Of a stretch of DNA of 37,083 bases, positions 9,056 to 15,768 are shown in pieces. The notes under the pieces are model-generated. The model was not told the DNA's origin. It searched no databases and saw only the letters and a list, made by a program, of their open reading frames with translations. The DNA lies in the NCBI GenBank assembly GCA_964460675.1, contig CAYWRD010000002.1, forward strand, positions 1,472-38,554. Direction: 5' to 3'. Numbering within the stretch: the stretch's first letter is position 1; each line of letters starts with the position of its first letter. The translations under genes and the position numbers were made by a program. The stretch comes from an uncultured Nitrosopumilaceae archaeon. GTDB taxonomy: Archaea > Thermoproteota > Nitrososphaeria > Nitrososphaerales > Nitrosopumilaceae.

Positions 9056-9475
9056 ATGGTCGATATTTTCACTCCGGAAAAGAGATCTTGGGTCATGTCC
9101 CGCATAAGGGGAAGCGATACCAAGATTGATCTCAGAATGGAGGCAATGCTCAAGGACATAGGGTACAGGTTTGAAAAGTATCCGAAGATGTATGGCAATC
9201 CAGATTTCGTGATTACGAGAAGAGGGATTGCGATATTCTGCGATGGTGACTTCTGGCACGGTTACCGGTATTATGAGAAGAAGCGCCTTCCAAAGAAGTT
9301 CTGGCGGGACAAGATAGAGAGAAACATGCGAAGGGATGTGACGGTCTCCAGACATCTCAGAAGAGAGGGATGGTCCGTCCTCAGGTTCTGGGAGCACGAC
9401 ATAGAGAAGAATCCTGACAAGTGTGTCAGAAGAATAGTCAGAAAGGCAAGGGAAAGATCGAATCGTCTAAGATAA
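9056..9475 (+). CDS. vsr: Very short patch repair (Vsr) type T:G mismatch endonuclease
   Basis: PEKRSWVMSRIRGSDTKIDL, GNPDFV, FCDGDFWHG, FWRDKIERNMRRD and GWSVLRFWEHD are the Vsr family blocks. GC is roughly 45% in 120 nt counted by hand, against about one third in the flanks. Confidence 0.9.
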   Translation: MVDIFTPEKRSWVMSRIRGSDTKIDLRMEAMLKDIGYRFEKYPKMYGNPDFVITRRGIAIFCDGDFWHGYRYYEKKRLPKKFWRDKIERNMRRDVTVSRHLRREGWSVLRFWEHDIEKNPDKCVRRIVRKARERSNRLR

Positions 9476-10006
9476 TCCAGGCATCTGAAAATCCGTATCC
9501 TGTATCATTTCGATCATGTAAAACTCCAAAAATCCACCAGACAATAAAAGTACAACAACTATTCCAATCTCAATCAAAGTGGGCCTAATTGTATGAGATA
9601 GATTTTGTTTTTTGATTATCATTACAATAAGCATAAAGCTTCTAGAGATGGCAAGTGAATATGCTACAAGTTCCATTATTCCAAAAGGAGAAAGATAAAG
9701 TATTGCGAGAGGAGGTATGGATGAAAGCTCAGGCGCTTGAGAAACTATAGTTGAAAAGGCAAACCCTGTTGACCAACTTGAAAACAGACCCCAAGCTACA
9801 CCAAATCCGGGGATAAACATGGGCAAGGCCAAAGAGGTGTTATGTAGGAATATTCCTATACTATCAATGTCTTTTACCAAAGTCTCAAACTCCTTCAGAA
9901 ATTCTTTTGCTTCCTCATCAGTTGGCTCTGACAGTGAGCCTATCTGAAAAACTAGAGAAAATACTCCCATGAAAACAAAAAACCAAATAATTCTCTTTTT
10001 AGACAC
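9467..10006 (-). CDS. Integral membrane protein, SpoIIM/DUF95-like
   Basis: 179 aa with several TM helices. An N-terminal helix is followed by EEAKEFLKEFETLVKDI and then LHNTSLALPMFIPGFG, as in stage II sporulation protein M-like proteins. Confidence 0.55.
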   Translation of the reverse strand: MSKKRIIWFFVFMGVFSLVFQIGSLSEPTDEEAKEFLKEFETLVKDIDSIGIFLHNTSLALPMFIPGFGVAWGLFSSWSTGFAFSTIVSQAPELSSIPPLAILYLSPFGIMELVAYSLAISRSFMLIVMIIKKQNLSHTIRPTLIEIGIVVVLLLSGGFLEFYMIEMIQDTDFQMPGLS

Positions 10007-10077
10007 GTTGCTTTTTCTTCATAGTAGATATTTGAGGGTTATTGGTAGGCGCAGATTTAATTAAATGAGATTGGTTT

Positions 10078-11505
10078 TTGTCGGTAATGAGAAAGGATGT
10101 TACACTTGCCCTGAACTATGCCTTAAACAAAGGGTTTCAGATTCATCCTGACGCTTTAAAAATTCTTGAGAATATTGATGTAAAACAATTAGAAAAAATC
10201 ATCAAAGATGTTGTAAAAGAGAAGACAAGAAAGAAGCTATACCATATCAGCCAAGATGATCTGGAAACATATCTTGGAATCAAAGAAGATGACTCTATCC
10301 AAGGCGAAGCTAAGATTATTTTTGATCCTACCCCCAAAGTAACTACTGCAGAGGGGGTTTCAGGGTACAATTCTCTGTTTGCTAGTAGATTTCTAAAATT
10401 GAAGAAAATCATTTCAAATCGTCCCGAATCACGAATGCTCAAGACAATATCTGCAGTAAAGTCAGCAAAATCCGAAGATGATATGTATTTGTGTGGATTG
10501 GTAACTGCTCGTACTATTGAAAGAAACATCTCCAAGATTGTCCTAGAAGACCCTTCAGGTTCAATCGAGGCCATTATTTTTGATGCAGACTTGCAAAAAA
10601 CTGCAGCCACATTATTGAATGATCAGTTTGTAATGGTCAGGGTTAGTATGGGAAAAAATTCAGGTTTTATTGTCAAGGATTTGATTTTGCCTGATATTCC
10701 AGACCATGTTCCAAATCGCTCCGAATCAGATGTATATGCTGTGTTTTTGTCTGATCTTCACATCGGAAGCAAGTATTTTTTGGAAGATGAATTCTCCGAT
10801 TTCATTTCATGGTTATCCAGCCCTGATCCTGAAGCAAGAAAGGTAAGGTTTGTGATAATTGGAGGTGATGTAATAGACGGGGTAGGCATATACCCTAATC
10901 AAGACAAGGAGTTGGTCTTCCAGACAATTGAAGAGCAATTGGAAAAAGCAGAATCTCTTCTTGATAAAATTCCAAAGCATATCAAAGTCTTCATAATGCC
11001 GGGAAATCATGATCCAGGAAGACGTGCTCTTCCACAACCAGCTATTCCTAGAAAATACAATTCTGGTTTATGGGAAAAGGAGAATTTTTTCATGGTTGGG
11101 AACCCAGCTGTGGTTTCTTTGAATGGTGTAAAGGTTCTGATGTTTCATGGTCAAAGTATAGATGATATTGTCAAAACTACTCCTGGAATGGAGTATGCTC
11201 ATCCAGCAAATGTAATGAAGCATTTGTTAAAGGCAAGGCATATGAGCCCAATTTATGGAAGTCAGACTCCTATTGCTCCAGAAAGAGAAGATTTGATGGT
11301 AATTGATGATGTTCCAGACATATTTCATGTAGGTCATGTACATGTTGTGGAATTGGACATGTACCGTGGAGTTATGGTGTTGAATTCAGGGGCTTGGCAA
11401 AAACAGACCCCTTTTCAAGTAAGTGTTGGTCAGGTTCCAACTCCAGGGGTTGCCGTATTAGTTAACTTGAAAAATTTCAAAGCATACACAAAGAGTTTTC
11501 TTTAG
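10078..11505 (+). CDS. polB: DNA polymerase II (PolD) small subunit DP1. The start is probably the ATG at 10087.
   Basis: It has an OB-fold region plus calcineurin-like phosphoesterase motifs: VFLSDLHIGS, GGDVIDGVGIYP, MPGNHDP, FHVGHVH. Confidence 0.9.
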   Translation: MSVMRKDVTLALNYALNKGFQIHPDALKILENIDVKQLEKIIKDVVKEKTRKKLYHISQDDLETYLGIKEDDSIQGEAKIIFDPTPKVTTAEGVSGYNSLFASRFLKLKKIISNRPESRMLKTISAVKSAKSEDDMYLCGLVTARTIERNISKIVLEDPSGSIEAIIFDADLQKTAATLLNDQFVMVRVSMGKNSGFIVKDLILPDIPDHVPNRSESDVYAVFLSDLHIGSKYFLEDEFSDFISWLSSPDPEARKVRFVIIGGDVIDGVGIYPNQDKELVFQTIEEQLEKAESLLDKIPKHIKVFIMPGNHDPGRRALPQPAIPRKYNSGLWEKENFFMVGNPAVVSLNGVKVLMFHGQSIDDIVKTTPGMEYAHPANVMKHLLKARHMSPIYGSQTPIAPEREDLMVIDDVPDIFHVGHVHVVELDMYRGVMVLNSGAWQKQTPFQVSVGQVPTPGVAVLVNLKNFKAYTKSFL

Positions 11506-11507
11506 TT

Positions 11508-12719
11508 TTACACTATATCTTCTAAGGTAAGATCATTTTTGAATGTCTCTTTTACCATGTCTGGTGAAATAGTAAGTTTGTATTTTTTTGTCCTACCATG
11601 TATGCCTTGATGAATTAGTCTACCTGTGATTATTCCTGAAAGTTCAATCTCACTAAGCATTTGGGTTATGCGTCTTTGAGTAAGTTCCTTCTGGCGTATA
11701 GCCTTACAGAGTTCTTTATAGGCAGAATATATCTCTCCTGTAGAGGAGCCGCTTGCCTTCATTACGGCTAGGATTACGAGTTTTTCATGAAGTGGGTATG
11801 ATTGAAGTGCGGCTGTCTCCTTATTTTCCTCTATTTTTTGGGACGCTTCTCTTATGTGAGACTCGGTCATTTTATCAGATTGTTTCCTTTCGGCAATCTC
11901 TCCGGCAACTCGTATTAGGTCTATTGCCCTTCTTGCATCACCATGTTCTCTTCCTGCCATGGCTGCACATAGATTCAAGGCAGAATCCTCTACAACATTA
12001 GGTAAAAATGCAATTTTTATTCTCTCCTCCAAGATTTTTTTTAATTGATCCATCGAATAGTTTGGAAATACAATCTCTTCTTCTCCCAGACTACTAATCA
12101 CCCTAGGATCCAATCTCTCCTTGAATGTAAGGTCATTTGAGATTCCTACAATTGTGAGTGAACCGTTTTCAAGCCGTTCATTAGCTCTTGTAATTTGGTA
12201 TAAAATATCCTTCCCTGTTTTAGAGACTAGTTGTGCAAGATAATCAATCTCATCTATTATGAAGATTACATTTGCTTTAGTTTGGTTGATATTATTTAGG
12301 AGTCGTTTGAATACTTCGCTTATGGCTAGGCCTGTAGATGGTAACTCTTTTTCGTTTAATCCTAATTGCCTTCCAAAACTGACTAAAAGGCCATAAAGTG
12401 TGGTTTCCTCTTTTGAGTTTGTGTAGATTAATTTTATTGGAAAAGTAGAGTTTTGTACCCTATCTTGAATTTTTAAAATTACTTTTTTAACAACGAGTGT
12501 TTTTCCAGTGCCTGGCTTTCCATATACTAAGAGATTGGAGGGTCTGGATTGTCTTAATATTGGTAGTAATGAATGAGTAACTTGCTCAAGTTCCTCATTT
12601 CTATGTTGAATGATTTCTGGGATATATGTGAAATGTAGAATATCTCGATTTTTAATTAATCGATTTCCGGATTCTGCTGCATCTAGTAATTTATCAATCG
12701 GATCTGATGACATACTCAC
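11508..12719 (-). CDS. cdc6: Orc1/Cdc6 replication initiator. The ATG at 12713 is more likely than the GTG at 12719.
   Basis: AAA+ Walker A GKPGTGKT, Walker B IFIIDEIDYL, sensor region GDARRAIDLIR, and a C-terminal winged helix. Confidence 0.95.
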   Translation of the reverse strand: MSMSSDPIDKLLDAAESGNRLIKNRDILHFTYIPEIIQHRNEELEQVTHSLLPILRQSRPSNLLVYGKPGTGKTLVVKKVILKIQDRVQNSTFPIKLIYTNSKEETTLYGLLVSFGRQLGLNEKELPSTGLAISEVFKRLLNNINQTKANVIFIIDEIDYLAQLVSKTGKDILYQITRANERLENGSLTIVGISNDLTFKERLDPRVISSLGEEEIVFPNYSMDQLKKILEERIKIAFLPNVVEDSALNLCAAMAGREHGDARRAIDLIRVAGEIAERKQSDKMTESHIREASQKIEENKETAALQSYPLHEKLVILAVMKASGSSTGEIYSAYKELCKAIRQKELTQRRITQMLSEIELSGIITGRLIHQGIHGRTKKYKLTISPDMVKETFKNDLTLEDIV

Positions 12720-12854
12720 ACACCTACGTTTCTACTCAAATAGAACATATCCATACATGAATGTAAAGGGTATAGAATAGAATAGTAATTCTAGTTAAGT
12801 TTGTAATTAATTATTTTTAGTTAGATATTTTCAAAAAAAAAAATTGAAAAAAGA

Positions 12855-12880
12855 TAGAGTGGAAAGATGGGTGTGTGGGT
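12855..12880 (+). repeat. ORB-like element, inverted relative to the other two
   Basis: The sequence is TAGAGTGGAAAGATGGGTGTGTGGGT. GAGTGGAAA is the reverse complement of TTTCCACTC in the 12990 copy, and it is followed by a G-rich string. Confidence 0.6.
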
Positions 12881-12927
12881 TCTTAACAAACTGTTAATGG
12901 AATGTTAAGGAGATTTAAAAAACGGTC

Positions 12928-12958
12928 AATTTGACCCCTTTATTTCCAGTCTAGGCGT
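12928..12958 (-). repeat. ORB-like element, copy 1
   Basis: AATTTGACCCCTTTATTTCCAGTCTAGGCGT. It matches the 12990 copy at 27 of 31 positions. Its reverse complement reads ...CTAGACTGGAAATAAAGGGGTCAAA, a TCCAGTGGAAA-type dyad plus GGGG string. Confidence 0.75.
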
Positions 12959-12989
12959 TAAGATGGATGTTAACAATGTGAATAACCTG

Positions 12990-13020
12990 ATTTTGACCCC
13001 TTTATTTCCACTCCAGGCAT
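12990..13020 (-). repeat. ORB-like element, copy 2
   Basis: ATTTTGACCCCTTTATTTCCACTCCAGGCAT, a direct repeat of 12928-12958 lying 62 bp away. Confidence 0.75.
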
Positions 13021-13175
13021 GAAATTAAAACAAAACCAGGTAAATATTATCAATACCTTGTTAACTTTTTAAAAACACTCAGGCGTGGGCTAGGCAGTCA
13101 AAGTTAACAAACTAATTAGTTAACAAATATCATCGGATCATTTGAAGTGTTAACATTCGAACCTCAAAGATCACA

Positions 13176-13568
13176 ATGGCTCGTAAGCGTATACGGATTG
13201 ATATGGAGGATTCTGAGGGTGCTAGATATGACATTAAACTAGAAGGTAACGTTACAAGAGAAAAGGTCCTGAAAATATTTGAAATGATGGATTTAATGAA
13301 TATAGAAGAGGAACAACAAGAAGCACTTAACCTTGATTCTACAGGCTCCAAAATCTGGAATATTGTAGATAAATACTTCCCCGTAGGAAAATTTACCTCA
13401 TCTGATATTTTAGAAAAATATGAGGATGAATATAATGAGCCAGTAAAACTTAGTATAATATCGACCTATCTTTCTAGATTTTCATCCAAAGGAAGAATGA
13501 ACAGAACAAAATCAGGTAGAGAATGGACCTATCAAACCATAAAACTTGGGCAAAAAAACCCTAATTGA
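13176..13568 (+). CDS. Hypothetical origin-adjacent protein with a probable C-terminal winged-helix DNA-binding domain
   Basis: 130 aa. The C-terminal FTSSDILEKYEDEYNEPVKLSIISTYLSRFSSKGRMNRTKSGREWTY looks like a helix-turn-helix plus wing. Confidence 0.55.
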   Translation: MARKRIRIDMEDSEGARYDIKLEGNVTREKVLKIFEMMDLMNIEEEQQEALNLDSTGSKIWNIVDKYFPVGKFTSSDILEKYEDEYNEPVKLSIISTYLSRFSSKGRMNRTKSGREWTYQTIKLGQKNPN

Positions 13569-13722
13569 TAACGATTTTACGTACAATTAACCTATCTTTA
13601 CCCATAATCAACTTCACATAATCTCCTTTTTGCATGTCCATAAACTTACGAAATTGTTTTGGAATTGATATTGTGCCCGCTGAAGTGATTTTTACTAATA
13701 CTTCATTCTCAAGAGTAGACAT
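13561..13722 (-). CDS. AbrB/SpoVT (MazE-like swapped-hairpin) family small DNA-binding protein, 53 aa; not in the ORF track
   Basis: My translation is MSTLENEVLVKITSAGTISIPKQFRKFMDMQKGDYVKLIMGKDRLIVRKIVIN, with the typical ISIPKxxRxxxxxxxGDxV pattern. A very AT-rich, TATA-laden region lies upstream. Its 3' end overlaps the 13176 gene by 8 nt. Confidence 0.7.
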   Translation of the reverse strand: MSTLENEVLVKITSAGTISIPKQFRKFMDMQKGDYVKLIMGKDRLIVRKIVIN

Positions 13723-13846
13723 ATAATTATTATAAATTAATAATATATATAATTTATTAAATTATAATCATTATAATATAAGATGAAATTCGATTAAATT
13801 TGCCTTGGAAACAACAATTTAGGACTTGGAAAAACCGAAAAATTTT

Positions 13847-14452
13847 CTATGCGATTGTTGGGCTGTTTTCAATAAGACCAAGTTTCTCTCTTCCCTTTTT
13901 GGTTATGGAATAAGTATATGGTTTTGATTTTGTATCTCTATCAACATACCCATCTTCAAATAATTTTTTCAAAAATCTAGATGTATGTTCTCGACTCTTC
14001 TTTAAGGCAGTCTGGATATCACGTGATGTCATAGGTTTAGTTGTGATTAGGCTTAAAACTTGGTCTGTGATGTCACTAGATTCATTTTCAGGCACGGTTT
14101 CTTGCACTTTTTTGGTTTGAGGTTTCGTTTCTACCTCATTTTCAGGCTTAGACCTCTCTTCAGTAAGCTGATTAGTAGTTATTTTTTTCAATAATTCCTT
14201 CAAATCCTCGTCTTTTTCCTCTGTTTTTTGCTCTAAACCCTCCATCTCTAAGGCATCAAGACGGATTTTCATATCAATTAGTTGTCTCTCATAATATTCT
14301 AGGCGCTCTGCATGTGATGAATCATTAACTTCAGCCTTAGTTTTGATAAATGGACGGATCTTAAAATAACCATAAAGACCTCCCATACCTACTAGAAATG
14401 CCAAAATCACGCCTAAAATCACTTCAGGGTCTGGAATTTCCACTAACATCAC
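13847..14452 (-). CDS. Membrane-anchored protein with a coiled coil and a C-terminal winged-helix DNA-binding domain
   Basis: It has an N-terminal TM helix (VILGVILAFLVGMGGLYGYF), a heptad-like ERLEYYERQLIDMKIRLDALE, a charged linker, and then TSRDIQTALKKSREHTSRFLKKLFEDGYVDRDTKSKPYTYSITKKGREKL. Confidence 0.65.
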   Translation of the reverse strand: MMLVEIPDPEVILGVILAFLVGMGGLYGYFKIRPFIKTKAEVNDSSHAERLEYYERQLIDMKIRLDALEMEGLEQKTEEKDEDLKELLKKITTNQLTEERSKPENEVETKPQTKKVQETVPENESSDITDQVLSLITTKPMTSRDIQTALKKSREHTSRFLKKLFEDGYVDRDTKSKPYTYSITKKGREKLGLIENSPTIA

Positions 14453-14575
14453 AAAAAATATGCCTATAACGTGATTTATTGTGATTGAACAACATTATTT
14501 CACTTTTTAGATTAACAATTGCACATCATGAATCACAAAAAAATCAGGTAGAAAGATAAGACCTTTTTACATAAA

Positions 14576-14938
14576 TCACATGTTACAGGCACGTCGAATA
14601 GCCATATCTATCACACTAATGATTTCTTCTTCTCTTTCTGGAAAGACATCACCTTCATTTATCACAGAAACCTGCTCAGAAAGCTTTGATATCACATCAA
14701 TATCATCTGGTAAAAGTATGCCTAAGGCACGAAAAAGCACGATTGAATAGAAAAGCCCTACTAATTTTTCTCTAGATTGGTTTACCTGCCTATAATACGC
14801 GCCTTTACTAATCGAAAACTTTGTCTCAGCAAGATTCTTTTGGTTTAAAATAATTTCAATTTGTCTTTCTGTAAATAATGATTTTTTGATAATTTTCCTA
14901 ATAATGTTGTTAAAATTAGATTTTTCAAGGTCTGCCAT
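14576..14938 (-). CDS. Hypothetical small protein, possibly an HTH regulator
   Basis: 120 aa. LFTERQIEIILNQKNLAETKFSISKGAYYRQVNQSREKL resembles a LuxR/sigma region 4-type HTH. The function call is weak. Confidence 0.5.
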   Translation of the reverse strand: MADLEKSNFNNIIRKIIKKSLFTERQIEIILNQKNLAETKFSISKGAYYRQVNQSREKLVGLFYSIVLFRALGILLPDDIDVISKLSEQVSVINEGDVFPEREEEIISVIDMAIRRACNM

Positions 14939-15002
14939 AGCTATACAAATCTGTATACTGCATTTTAATTAAACTTTAAAGACTCATCTACAAATCTCAT
15001 TT

Positions 15003-15755
15003 ATGACGGGAAACAAGGTTGAATCATTCCTAAAATCTGAATTAAAAACGAAAAAGGCATTATTATTCGTCTTAATTGATTCCGAAGTATCAAATCTGGA
15101 TTCTTCCACAAAACTTGCTCAGGATGTAGAAAAGATTGGAGCTTCTGCTATCCTCGTTGGAGGTTCCTCAGCCACAGACCAGTTAGAAATGACCAAAGTT
15201 GTGAAATCTATCAAGAAGGGAGTAAAAATTCCCATCATACTATTTCCAGGCAATGTTACGGGAGTTGTTCCTGATGCAGACGCTATTTTATTTAGTTCTC
15301 TCATGAACTCTGAAAATCCATATTATATTACTCAGGCTCAAGCTTTGGGTGCCCCAAATGTACTGAAATTTGGTTTAGAACCCTTACCTACTGCATATCT
15401 GATAATTGGGGACGGCACATCAGCATGGTTTGTTGGATCTGCGCGAGGAATCCCGTTCGATAAACCAAAAATTGCTGCAGCATATTCTCTTGCAGCCCAA
15501 TTTCTTGGAATGAGATTTGTTTATCTTGAGGCAGGTTCTGGAGCAAAGACCAATGTAAGCCCTGAAATGGTAAAGACTGTCAGAAAAATCTTCAATGGAA
15601 TTATTATTGTTGGTGGAGGGATTCGTGATCCAAAAACAGCAAAATCCCTTGTAAAGGCGGGGGCAGATGCTCTTGTAATAGGAACATTTCTTGAAAAGGG
15701 TGGAAGTATTAAGAAACTTGAAGGAATAGCAAAAGCCATTCAAACTACCAAATAA
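15003..15755 (+). CDS. Geranylgeranylglyceryl phosphate synthase (GGGPS/PcrB family), archaeal ether-lipid synthesis
   Basis: TIM-barrel family motifs: ILVGGSS, FVYLEAGSGA, IIVGGGIRD. Confidence 0.9.
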   Translation: MTGNKVESFLKSELKTKKALLFVLIDSEVSNLDSSTKLAQDVEKIGASAILVGGSSATDQLEMTKVVKSIKKGVKIPIILFPGNVTGVVPDADAILFSSLMNSENPYYITQAQALGAPNVLKFGLEPLPTAYLIIGDGTSAWFVGSARGIPFDKPKIAAAYSLAAQFLGMRFVYLEAGSGAKTNVSPEMVKTVRKIFNGIIIVGGGIRDPKTAKSLVKAGADALVIGTFLEKGGSIKKLEGIAKAIQTTK

Positions 15756-15768
15756 AAGGAATATTGGA

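Larger units (their letters stand above)
12780..13160. other. Chromosomal replication origin (oriC): AT-rich unwinding tracts plus ORB-like repeats
   Basis: A 456-bp non-coding gap lies directly upstream of orc1/cdc6. It has a roughly 85% AT stretch with an A11 run (12781-12853) and three ORB-like elements with a dyad core and G-string. Replication genes sit on both sides. Confidence 0.8.

Noticed and set aside
8975-9397. 140-aa ORF on the minus strand, antisense to vsr
   Set aside because: It lies entirely antisense to a well-supported vsr CDS. The locally higher GC content removes stop codons by chance. The translation has no recognisable motifs.
12928-13020. Direct repeats in the origin gap as a possible mini CRISPR array
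   Set aside because: There are only two direct copies plus one inverted degenerate copy, and the repeats are imperfect. There are no cas genes. The position upstream of orc1/cdc6 and the dyad-plus-G-string layout fit ORB elements.
13561-13722. AbrB/SpoVT-type mini-protein as the antitoxin of a VapBC/MazEF-like toxin-antitoxin pair
   Set aside because: There is no PIN, MazF or other toxin ORF downstream or upstream in the same orientation. Its 3' end runs straight into the convergent neighbouring gene.
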